DNA of 64,000 nt, taken from assembly GCA_052032225.1 (NCBI GenBank), contig JBPEWY010000083.1, positions 40,965 through 104,964 on the forward strand, read 5' to 3'. The notes under the pieces are model-generated. The model saw nothing but the letters and a program-made list of their open reading frames with translations, did no database searches and was not told where the DNA came from. Of this stretch, positions 26,786-34,534 are shown piece by piece. Source of the DNA: Flavobacteriaceae bacterium (GTDB lineage: Bacteria > Bacteroidota > Bacteroidia > Flavobacteriales > Flavobacteriaceae). How positions within the stretch are numbered: the stretch's first letter is position 1; every line of letters begins with the position of its first letter. The translations under genes were made by a program, and so were the position numbers.

Positions 26786-27955
26786 ATGGAGAATCTGTAT
26801 TTTACAGAAGAGCATAAAGTATTTAGAAAAAGTTTCAGAGAGTTTCTTCAAAAAGAAGTTGTTCCACACATTGAAAAATGGGAAAAAACAGGAACTATAG
26901 ATCGTTTTATTTGGAAGAAATTCGGAGAAATGGGATATTTTGGGTTAAACTATCCTGAGGAATATGGCGGTTTAGATTTAGATCTTTTTTATACCGTTAT
27001 TTTTTTAGAAGAACTTCAAAAAATAAACTCAGGAGGTTTTGCTGCAGCCATGTGGGCGCATACCTATTTGGCAATGACACATCTTAATAAAGAAGGAGAT
27101 CATAAAATAAAAGAGCGTTACTTAGCTCCAAGCATATCAGGCGATAAAATTGGTTGTTTATGTATTACAGAACCTTTTGGAGGTAGTGATGTTGCCGGGA
27201 TGAGAACCACTGCAAAAAAAGACGGAGATTATTATGTTATTAATGGCTCTAAAACTTTTATAACTAACGGAGTTTATGCAGATTATTTAGTTGTTGCGGC
27301 TAAAACAAATCCGGAGGCTAACCATAAAGGCATTAGCATTTTTGTGGTAGACAAAGATACACCGGGTATAACGGCTACTAAACTAGATAAACTTGGGTGG
27401 AGAGCTTCAGATACTGCAGAACTTGCTTTTGATAATGTTAGGGTTCCGGCAGAAAATTTAATGGGAGAAGAAGGAAAAGGCTTTCCGTACATAATGCAAC
27501 ATTTTGCTTTAGAGCGTTTGGTAATGGGAATTAATGCTCATGCCAGAAGCGAGTTTGCTTTAGCATACACATTGCAGTATATGAAAGACCGTAAAGCATT
27601 TGGTAAAAGTATATCAGAGTTTCAAGCGCTCAGACACAGGATAGCCGATTTAAGTGCAGAAGTAGAAATGTGCAAAACCTTTAACTATACTACTACAAAA
27701 CGTTTAAATGATGGTGAGTATGTTGTTAAAGAAGCAACCATGTCTAAATTACTATCTACTAAAATAGCCGATAAAGTGGCTTACGAATGCTTACAGATGT
27801 TAGGAGGATATGGTTATATGGAAGAATATCCGTTGGCACGTTTATTTAGAGATAGTAGATTAGGCCCAATAGGAGGAGGAACCTCTGAAATTTTACGAGA
27901 AATTTTAGCAAAAATAATTATAGACAATAAGCAGTATAAGCCTGCAACAGACTAG
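26786..27955 (+). CDS. Acyl-CoA dehydrogenase
   Basis: CITEPFGGSDVAGMRTTA, INGSKTFITNG and QMLGGYGYMEEYPLARLFRDSRLGPIGGGTSEI. Confidence 0.92.
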   Translation: MENLYFTEEHKVFRKSFREFLQKEVVPHIEKWEKTGTIDRFIWKKFGEMGYFGLNYPEEYGGLDLDLFYTVIFLEELQKINSGGFAAAMWAHTYLAMTHLNKEGDHKIKERYLAPSISGDKIGCLCITEPFGGSDVAGMRTTAKKDGDYYVINGSKTFITNGVYADYLVVAAKTNPEANHKGISIFVVDKDTPGITATKLDKLGWRASDTAELAFDNVRVPAENLMGEEGKGFPYIMQHFALERLVMGINAHARSEFALAYTLQYMKDRKAFGKSISEFQALRHRIADLSAEVEMCKTFNYTTTKRLNDGEYVVKEATMSKLLSTKIADKVAYECLQMLGGYGYMEEYPLARLFRDSRLGPIGGGTSEILREILAKIIIDNKQYKPATD

Positions 27956-28001
27956 TTTTAAACTTTTTTTTAATTTTTATTGCTAATTATTAATTATGTA
28001 A

Positions 28002-28009
28002 TAAATTTG
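28002..28009 (+). promoter_or_regulatory. -7 promoter box TAAATTTG upstream of rpsU
   Basis: Matches TAnnTTTG, 31 nt upstream of the ATG. Confidence 0.4.
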
Positions 28010-28023
28010 CACGCACAAAAAGA

Positions 28024-28032
28024 AAGGAGGTG
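28024..28032 (+). promoter_or_regulatory. Strong Shine-Dalgarno AAGGAGGTG upstream of rpsU
   Basis: 9-nt perfect complement to the canonical 16S 3' end, with an 8-nt spacer to the ATG at 28041. No other gene start I inspected in the window has a comparable SD. Confidence 0.8.
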
Positions 28033-28040
28033 GTTAAGCT

Positions 28041-28235
28041 ATGTTAATAATACCTGTAAAAGAAGGAGAAAATATAGATAGAGCGCTAAAGCGTTACAAG
28101 CGTAAGTTTGATAAAACCGGAAGAATGCGTCAGCTAAGAGAGCGCCAGCAGTACACAAAACCTTCTGTTAAGAGAAGAAATCAAATTCAAAAGGCTGCTT
28201 ACATTCAGCACCTTAGAGATCAAGAAGAAATTTAA
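28041..28235 (+). CDS. rpsU: 30S ribosomal protein S21
   Basis: 64 aa, with ENIDRALKRYKRKFDKTG...RERQQYTKPS..RR. Confidence 0.95.
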   Translation: MLIIPVKEGENIDRALKRYKRKFDKTGRMRQLRERQQYTKPSVKRRNQIQKAAYIQHLRDQEEI

Positions 28236-28309
28236 TATTTCTTATCTCATAAAACTTTAACCGTTACTTGATAAAGTTGTAACTTTGTTTAGTAACGGTT
28301 TTTTTATTT

Positions 28310-29197
28310 ATGGCAATTCATAAATTTATAGATTATCTTCTTTTAGAAAAAAAATACGCACAACACACAGTTACCGCATACCAAACAGATTTAAATCAGT
28401 TTAAAACATTTTGTCAAGAAAATTTTAATGTAAATAATATAGACAATGCTAATTATGCAGTTATAAGAAGCTGGATTGTTAATTTGGTAGAGCAGGGCTT
28501 AACTGCAAAATCTGTAAACAGAAAAATATCATCTTTAAAAGCGTACTATAAATTTTTGCTTAAAACGCAAACTATAAAAGCTAATCCGTTAGCTAAACAC
28601 ATTCCTTTAAAAACTACCAAAAACATTCAAATACCTTTTTCTAAAGAAGAGGTAAATACCGTTTTGTTTAAGCTTCCATTTACTCCGGATTTTGAAGGAG
28701 TGAGAGATCGGTTAATAATAGAACTTTTTTACAGTACCGGAATGCGAAGGAGTGAGCTAATTCATCTTACAATTAACAGTATAGATTTACAATCTAAAAC
28801 CATTAAGATTTTAGGTAAACGAAACAAAGAAAGAGTAGTGCCATTATTACCGTCAGCAATACAATTAATAGAGCAGTATTTGCCTATGCGTGAGAGCGTT
28901 AAAAAAGACGAAAAAAATGAATGGTTTTTTTTAACGAAAACAGGCAATAAAATGTATCCAAATCTTGTTTATAGAATAATAAATCATTATTTTAGTAAAG
29001 CATCTTCAAAAGCAAAAAAAAGTCCGCATATAATGCGTCATACATTTGCCACACATTTGTTAAATGAAGGTGCAGATTTAAACTCGGTTAAAGAGCTTTT
29101 AGGGCATGCAAGTTTAGCTTCAACTCAGGTTTACACACATAATAGTATAGAAGAGTTGAAAAAGGTTTACCAAAAAGCCCACCCTCGTAACAAGTAA
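28310..29197 (+). CDS. xerC: Tyrosine site-specific recombinase, XerC/XerD family
   Basis: SAM-like N-terminal domain (HTVTAYQTDL), then R...HxxR...Y catalytic pattern (MRRSEL ... HIMRHTFATHLL ... LGHASLASTQVYTH). Confidence 0.85.
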   Translation: MAIHKFIDYLLLEKKYAQHTVTAYQTDLNQFKTFCQENFNVNNIDNANYAVIRSWIVNLVEQGLTAKSVNRKISSLKAYYKFLLKTQTIKANPLAKHIPLKTTKNIQIPFSKEEVNTVLFKLPFTPDFEGVRDRLIIELFYSTGMRRSELIHLTINSIDLQSKTIKILGKRNKERVVPLLPSAIQLIEQYLPMRESVKKDEKNEWFFLTKTGNKMYPNLVYRIINHYFSKASSKAKKSPHIMRHTFATHLLNEGADLNSVKELLGHASLASTQVYTHNSIEELKKVYQKAHPRNK

Positions 29198-29241
29198 TAA
29201 GTTCTGTTAACCAAATGTCTAACCATTTAAAAACGTACAAC

Positions 29242-29544
29242 ATGAAAGTAAACACGCAATCTGTAAATTTTAATGCTGATGGTAAGTTGTTGCAATTTAT
29301 TCAAAAGCGTTTAAACAAGTTAGATAACTTCTACGATAAAATAATATACTCAGATGTGTATTTAAAGGTAGAAAATACCAGTGCTAAAGAAAATAAGATT
29401 GCTGAGGTTAGAGTAGCTATCCCGGGCGATGATTTAATTGTAAAAAAACAATGTAAAACATTTGAAGAAGCTATAGATACATGTGCTAACTCGCTGGAAA
29501 GAGCGTTGTTAAAACGAAAAGGAAAATTAAAAGCACATATTTAG
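29242..29544 (+). CDS. hpf: Ribosome hibernation promoting factor (HPF/RaiA, short form)
   Basis: MKVNTQSVNFNADGKLLQFIQKRLNKLDNFYDKI and an about 100-aa length. The ATG at 29242 is preferred. Confidence 0.9.
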   Translation: MKVNTQSVNFNADGKLLQFIQKRLNKLDNFYDKIIYSDVYLKVENTSAKENKIAEVRVAIPGDDLIVKKQCKTFEEAIDTCANSLERALLKRKGKLKAHI

Positions 29545-29596
29545 ATAAAATTTTTTCAAAAATGTTTTGAATAAAAAATTAAAATCATACATTTGC

Positions 29597-29624
29597 AGTC
29601 CGTTAGAAATAGCGGACTTTTTTA
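29597..29624 (+). terminator. Probable hpf terminator
   Basis: AGTCCG / CGGACT 6-bp stem with a 10-nt loop, followed by TTTTTT. A TACATTTG promoter-like box (29588-29595) sits directly upstream. Confidence 0.5.
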
Positions 29625-29657
29625 TGGTCAAAAAATGACGTAAAAAAGTGCTCAAAG

Positions 29658-29731
29658 GCCGATGTAGCTCAGCTGGCTAGAGCAGCTGATTTGTAATCAG
29701 CAGGTCGTGGGTTCGAGTCCCTCTATCGGCT
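29658..29731 (+). tRNA. tRNA-Thr (anticodon UGU)
   Basis: Cloverleaf folded by hand: acceptor GCCGATG/TATCGGC, anticodon stem GCTGA/TCAGC with loop TTTGTAA, T-loop TTCGAGT. There is one T:T mismatch in the T-stem. Confidence 0.85.
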
Positions 29732-29784
29732 CAAAAAACAAAGAGGGTAAGTTTAAGGTTAACGTTCATTAAATTGATGTTTTT

Positions 29785-29867
29785 GGGGAGATACTCAAGC
29801 GGCCAACGAGGACAGACTGTAAATCTGTTGGATTATTCCTTCGCAGGTTCGAATCCTGCTCTCCCCA
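29785..29867 (+). tRNA. tRNA-Tyr (anticodon GUA), long variable arm
   Basis: Acceptor GGGGAGA/TCTCCCC, anticodon stem ACAGA/TCTGT with loop CTGTAAA, T-arm GCAGG-TTCGAAT-CCTGC. Confidence 0.9.
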
Positions 29868-29902
29868 CTAAGCGTTACAAAATAAGTTGCGCAAAACTTC
29901 AG

Positions 29903-29976
<74 letters not shown>

Positions 29977-29981
29977 TACTA

Positions 29982-30053
29982 GCCGGTGTAGCTCAGGGGT
30001 AGAGCGCTTCCTTGGTAAGGAAGAGGTCACGAGTTCAAATCTCGTCATTGGCT
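29982..30053 (+). tRNA. tRNA-Thr (anticodon GGU)
   Basis: Acceptor GCCGGTG/CATTGGC, anticodon stem CTTCC/GGAAG with loop TTGGTAA, T-arm ACGAG-TTCAAAT-CTCGT. Confidence 0.9.
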
Positions 30054-30110
30054 CATAGTTAGAATTAATTTGTACACTAATATATAACTAAGATTAAAAT
30101 TTATTAAATC

Positions 30111-31298
30111 ATGGCAAAGGAAACATTTGATCGTTCCAAACCGCACTTAAATATTGGTACTATTGGACACGTAGATCACGGTAAGACTACCTTAACTGCA
30201 GCTATTACTAAAGTATTAGCTGAAGCAGGTTTATCTGAAGCTAAATCATTTGATCAAATTGATAACGCTCCTGAAGAAAAAGAAAGAGGTATTACTATTA
30301 ATACTTCACACGTAGAATACCAAACAGAAAACAGACACTATGCGCACGTAGACTGTCCTGGTCACGCCGACTATGTAAAGAACATGGTTACTGGTGCTGC
30401 TCAAATGGACGGTGCTATCTTAGTAGTTGCTGCTACTGATGGTCCTATGCCACAAACTCGTGAGCACATACTTTTAGGTCGTCAGGTAGGTGTACCTAGA
30501 ATCGTGGTATTCATGAACAAAGTGGATATGGTTGATGATGAGGAGCTTTTAGAGCTTGTAGAGATGGAAATTAGAGAGTTATTATCATTCTATGACTATG
30601 ATGGTGATAACGCTCCTGTAATTAAAGGATCTGCTCTTGGTGCGCTTAACGGTGAGCCTAAGTGGGTAGAAACTGTTATGGAGTTAATGAGAGCTGTAGA
30701 TAGCTGGATTGAACTTCCAGAAAGAGATATAGATAAGCCTTTCTTAATGCCTATCGAAGATGTATTTACTATTACAGGTCGTGGTACTGTAGCAACTGGT
30801 CGTATCGAAACTGGTGTTGCTAACACTGGTGATCCTGTAGAAATCATCGGTATGGGTGCAGAGAAGTTAACTTCAACTATCACTGGGGTTGAGATGTTCC
30901 GTAAGATTCTTGACAGAGGTGAAGCTGGAGATAACGTAGGTTTATTATTAAGAGGTATCGAAAAGAGCGATATCAAGAGAGGTATGGTAATCTGTAAGCC
31001 AGGTTCAATTACTCCTCACGCTAAGTTTAAAGCAGAGGTTTATATCTTAAAGAAAGAAGAAGGTGGACGTCACACTCCATTCCACAACAACTACCGTCCT
31101 CAGTTCTACGTACGTACAACTGACGTAACAGGTACTATTAACTTACCTGACGGAGTTGAAATGGTAATGCCTGGTGATAACTTAACAATTACTGTAGAGT
31201 TAATCCAGCCAATTGCACTTAACGTAGGTTTACGTTTTGCTATCCGTGAAGGTGGTAGAACTGTAGGTGCTGGTCAGGTAACTGAAATTTTAGACTAA
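30111..31298 (+). CDS. tuf: Elongation factor Tu
   Basis: [22 protein letters not shown], 395 aa. Confidence 0.99.
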   Translation: MAKETFDRSKPHLNIGTIGHVDHGKTTLTAAITKVLAEAGLSEAKSFDQIDNAPEEKERGITINTSHVEYQTENRHYAHVDCPGHADYVKNMVTGAAQMDGAILVVAATDGPMPQTREHILLGRQVGVPRIVVFMNKVDMVDDEELLELVEMEIRELLSFYDYDGDNAPVIKGSALGALNGEPKWVETVMELMRAVDSWIELPERDIDKPFLMPIEDVFTITGRGTVATGRIETGVANTGDPVEIIGMGAEKLTSTITGVEMFRKILDRGEAGDNVGLLLRGIEKSDIKRGMVICKPGSITPHAKFKAEVYILKKEEGGRHTPFHNNYRPQFYVRTTDVTGTINLPDGVEMVMPGDNLTITVELIQPIALNVGLRFAIREGGRTVGAGQVTEILD

Positions 31299-31359
31299 TA
31301 AAACTTACATAACTGAGCTGAGGTGTCCCGCAAATGCGGGATGCCTTTCAGCTTAATAT

Positions 31360-31432
31360 ACGGGTGTAGCTCAGCTGGTAGAGCAGTGGTCTCCAAAACC
31401 AAAGGTCGTGAGTTCGAATCTTACCACCCGTG
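31360..31432 (+). tRNA. tRNA-Trp (anticodon CCA)
   Basis: Acceptor ACGGGTG/CACCCGT, anticodon loop CTCCAAA, T-arm GTGAG-TTCGAAT-CTTAC. Confidence 0.88.
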
Positions 31433-31445
31433 CAAACTAAGAGTT

Positions 31446-31637
31446 ATGAATATTGTTAATTACGTAAAAGAATCGGTAGAAGAGCTAAAATCAAATGTAA
31501 AATGGCCATCATGGGCAGAAGCTCAACATTTAATGGTGGTTGTTGCTGTCTTCTCAATCATATTCTCATTAGCAATTTGGGGAGTAGACACTGTTTTTAG
31601 CAGACTTATTACAGTATATTTTGATTTAATTAGTTAA
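31446..31637 (+). CDS. secE: Preprotein translocase subunit SecE
   Basis: 63 aa. VKESVEELKSNVKWPSWAE followed by a single TM helix, in the conserved position before nusG. The longer track ORF runs through tRNA-Trp. Confidence 0.9.
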   Translation: MNIVNYVKESVEELKSNVKWPSWAEAQHLMVVVAVFSIIFSLAIWGVDTVFSRLITVYFDLIS

Positions 31638-31647
31638 ACAATCTACA

Positions 31648-32199
31648 ATGGCCGAAACATTAGAGAAAAAGTGGTATGTAGTTAGAGCCGTTAGTGGTCA
31701 GGAAAACAAGGTTAAAACCTATATAGAAAATGAGGTTGCCAGACTTGGTTATTCTGACTATGTAGATGAAGTTTTGGTTCCTACCGAAAAAGTTGTACAA
31801 ATACGTAACGGAAAAAAAATAAACAAAGAACGTGTTTACTTCCCGGGTTATGTAATGATAAAAGCAAACCTAGGAGGTGAAATAGTTCACGTTATAAAAT
31901 CTATAACCGGAGTAATTGGTTTTCTGGGCGAAGTTAAAGGAGGAGATCCTGTTCCGCTTAGAAAATCTGAGGTTAACAGAATGCTAGGTAAGGTTGATGA
32001 GTTAGCAGAAAAAACAGATAGTATTGCTATACCTTATGTAGTAGGAGAAACAGTAAAGGTTATAGATGGACCGTTTAATGGATTTAACGGTACAGTAGAA
32101 AAAATTAATGAAGAAAAACGTAAGCTTGAGGTAATGGTTAAAATTTTCGGAAGAAAAACACCACTTGAGCTTAGTTATATGCAAGTAGAGAAAATTTAA
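31648..32199 (+). CDS. nusG: Transcription termination/antitermination factor NusG
   Basis: KWYVVRAVSGQENKV NGN domain and a C-terminal KOW domain (GETVKVIDGPFNGFNGTVE). Confidence 0.97.
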   Translation: MAETLEKKWYVVRAVSGQENKVKTYIENEVARLGYSDYVDEVLVPTEKVVQIRNGKKINKERVYFPGYVMIKANLGGEIVHVIKSITGVIGFLGEVKGGDPVPLRKSEVNRMLGKVDELAEKTDSIAIPYVVGETVKVIDGPFNGFNGTVEKINEEKRKLEVMVKIFGRKTPLELSYMQVEKI

Positions 32200-32286
32200 A
32201 TTGTTACGCATATAAAAGAAGTGTCTTTAGCTTCCAATAATTAAAAGATGCTTCGCAAGTTTTTAAATTTTTATAATTAAAAAACA

Positions 32287-32724
32287 ATGGCAAAAGAAGT
32301 AAGTAAAGTAGTTAAACTACAAGTTAGGGGAGGTGCTGCGAACCCGTCGCCACCGGTTGGACCCGCTTTAGGTGCTGCCGGAGTTAACATCATGGAGTTC
32401 TGTAAGCAATTTAATGCTAGAACTCAAGACAAGCAAGGAAAAGTATTGCCTGTTGTTATCTCTGTGTACACAGACAAGTCTTTCGACTTTGTTGTGAAAA
32501 CACCTCCAGCGGCAGTACAACTATTGGAAGCGGCAAAGATTAAAAAGGGTTCTGGTGAGCCAAACCGTGCAAAGGTTGCTAAAGTAACCTGGGATCAAAT
32601 TAGAGCAATTGCAGAAGACAAAATGCAAGACTTAAACGCATTTACTATAGAGTCTGCAATGAGTATGATTGCCGGAACTGCTAGATCTATGGGGATCACA
32701 GTTACAGGACAGAAACCTTTTTAA
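32287..32724 (+). CDS. rplK: 50S ribosomal protein L11
   Basis: [20 protein letters not shown]. Confidence 0.98.
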   Translation: MAKEVSKVVKLQVRGGAANPSPPVGPALGAAGVNIMEFCKQFNARTQDKQGKVLPVVISVYTDKSFDFVVKTPPAAVQLLEAAKIKKGSGEPNRAKVAKVTWDQIRAIAEDKMQDLNAFTIESAMSMIAGTARSMGITVTGQKPF

Positions 32725-32744
32725 ATCTTTAAAAGACATTAAAA

Positions 32745-33434
32745 ATGGCAAGATTAACCAAAAAGCAAAAAGAAGCCAGAGCAAAAATAGATAGAAATAA
32801 ACTCTACTCTATAGAAGAAGCTTCTGCTTTAATAAAAGAAATAACCAACGTAAAATTTGACGCTTCTGTAGATTTAGCAGTTAGATTAGGAGTAGATCCA
32901 AGAAAAGCTAACCAAATGGTTCGTGGCGTAGTTACCTTACCTCATGGTACTGGTAAAGACGTAAAAGTATTGGCATTAGTTACTCCAGATAAAGAAGAAG
33001 AAGCTAAAGAAGCCGGAGCAGATTACGTAGGGTTAGATGAGTACTTAAACAAGATCAAGGGTGGTTGGACCGACGTTGATGTAATTATTACCATGCCAAG
33101 TGTAATGGGTAAATTAGGTCCGTTAGGTAGAATTCTTGGTCCGAGAGGATTAATGCCTAACCCAAAAACTGGAACAGTAACCATGGATGTTGCTAAAGCA
33201 GTTAGAGAAGTTAAGGCTGGTAAAATTGACTTTAAGGTAGATAAAACCGGAATTGTACATGCAGCAATAGGTAAGGCCTCATTCTCTGCAGATAAAATTG
33301 CCGGAAATGCCAATGAGTTAATTCAAACATTAATAAAATTAAAACCAACTGCAGCCAAAGGTACATACATTAAGAGTATTTATATGTCTAGTACTATGAG
33401 TCCGAGTGTACCTATAGATCCAAAGGCAGTTTAA
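32745..33434 (+). CDS. rplA: 50S ribosomal protein L1
   Basis: [31 protein letters not shown]. Confidence 0.98.
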   Translation: MARLTKKQKEARAKIDRNKLYSIEEASALIKEITNVKFDASVDLAVRLGVDPRKANQMVRGVVTLPHGTGKDVKVLALVTPDKEEEAKEAGADYVGLDEYLNKIKGGWTDVDVIITMPSVMGKLGPLGRILGPRGLMPNPKTGTVTMDVAKAVREVKAGKIDFKVDKTGIVHAAIGKASFSADKIAGNANELIQTLIKLKPTAAKGTYIKSIYMSSTMSPSVPIDPKAV

Positions 33435-33454
33435 AGTAGTTATAATTTTTAGTC

Positions 33455-33976
33455 ATGACAAGAGAAGAAAAATTAAACGTAATACAAGACTTAACTGCTA
33501 AGCTGACTGATAACAGCAACATTTATCTGGCTGACATATCAGGTTTGGATGCTGATACCACCTCTAAATTACGTAGAGCGTGCTTTAAAGCAAACATAAA
33601 GCTTGCAGTGGTAAAAAATACCTTGCTTGCAAAAGCAATGGAAGCAGCAGATAAAGATTTTGGCGAGCTTCCAACGGTATTAAAAGGAAACACCTCTTTA
33701 ATGATAGCCGAGAAAGGTAATGCACCGGCTAAACTAATTAAAGATTTCCGTAAAAAGTCTGATAAGCCTATTTTAAAAGGAGCTTTCATAGAAGAAGCTA
33801 TCTATATAGGAGATGATCAGTTAGAGACGCTTGCAAATATCAAATCTAAAGAAGAAGTTATTGGAGATATTATTGGCTTACTACAATCACCAGCCAAGAA
33901 TGTTATCTCTGCGCTTCAATCAGGAGGAGGTAAACTTGCAGGTATTGTTAAAACCTTATCAGAAAGAGAAGAATAA
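33455..33976 (+). CDS. rplJ: 50S ribosomal protein L10
   Basis: Position between rplA and rplL, with an L10-like LRRACFKANIKLAVVKNTL. Confidence 0.95.
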   Translation: MTREEKLNVIQDLTAKLTDNSNIYLADISGLDADTTSKLRRACFKANIKLAVVKNTLLAKAMEAADKDFGELPTVLKGNTSLMIAEKGNAPAKLIKDFRKKSDKPILKGAFIEEAIYIGDDQLETLANIKSKEEVIGDIIGLLQSPAKNVISALQSGGGKLAGIVKTLSEREE

Positions 33977-34029
33977 AATTTGTACGCACTTAAACTAATT
34001 ATATTTTAAAATTTTTAAACGATAGAAAA

Positions 34030-34410
34030 ATGGCAGATTTAAAAGATTTCGCAGAAAAGTTAGTTAACTTAACTGTAAAAGAAGTAAACGAGTTAGCTGA
34101 TATTTTAAAAGAAGAATACGGTATTGAGCCTGCAGCTGCAGCTGTAGCTGTTGCTGGTGCTGCTGGTGCTGCTGGTGGTGGTGAAGCAGCTGAGGAGAAA
34201 ACTGAATTCGACGTAATTTTAAAATCAGCAGGCGGTTCTAAATTAGCTGTAGTTAAATTAGTAAAAGAACTTACAGGATTAGGACTTAAAGAAGCTAAAG
34301 AAATAGTAGACAGCGCTCCTAAAGCTATCAAAGAAGGAGTTTCTAAAGAAGAGGCCGAAGGTCTTAAGAAGTCTTTAGAAGAGGCTGGAGCTGAGGTTGA
34401 GCTTAAGTAA
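34030..34410 (+). CDS. rplL: 50S ribosomal protein L7/L12
   Basis: Ala/Gly hinge, then [24 protein letters not shown]. Confidence 0.98.
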   Translation: MADLKDFAEKLVNLTVKEVNELADILKEEYGIEPAAAAVAVAGAAGAAGGGEAAEEKTEFDVILKSAGGSKLAVVKLVKELTGLGLKEAKEIVDSAPKAIKEGVSKEEAEGLKKSLEEAGAEVELK

Positions 34411-34432
34411 GCTAACCTGGCTGTAAAACCTT

Positions 34433-34498
34433 GGTTTAGGTCTTAGGATAAGAATCCTCAAGGCCTAAACCCTTTTGCGTATATAAACGTATATGCGC
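34433..34498 (+). promoter_or_regulatory. Two tandem hairpins between rplL and rpoB (candidate partial terminator/attenuator)
   Basis: GGTTTAGG...CCTAAACC extended stem (34433-34471) followed by CTTTTG, then GCGTATATA-AACG-TATATGCGC (34477-34498) followed by CTTTT. Confidence 0.45.
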
Positions 34499-34534
34499 CT
34501 TTTAAACATTCTTTAATAAAAACTTTGTCCATTG

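Noticed and set aside
28310-29197. Tyrosine recombinase next to a tRNA cluster as a sign of an integrated mobile element
   Set aside because: I saw no flanking direct repeats, no partial tRNA duplication and no cargo genes. The rpsU-recombinase-hpf-tRNA-tuf order is a conserved housekeeping arrangement in Bacteroidota, which fits a Xer-type chromosomal recombinase.
31323-31445. N-terminal 41 codons of the 104-aa track ORF preceding secE
   Set aside because: This part covers the tuf-distal hairpin and the whole tRNA-Trp gene. The SecE-like sequence begins at the internal ATG at 31446.
33999-34331. 110-aa antisense ORF with an Ala/Pro-rich core opposite rplL, and similar antisense ORFs opposite tuf (30596-30976), rplA, rplJ, rpoB and rpoC
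   Set aside because: They lie entirely within strongly identified, highly conserved genes and reflect the codon bias of the sense strand. There are no independent start or regulatory signals.
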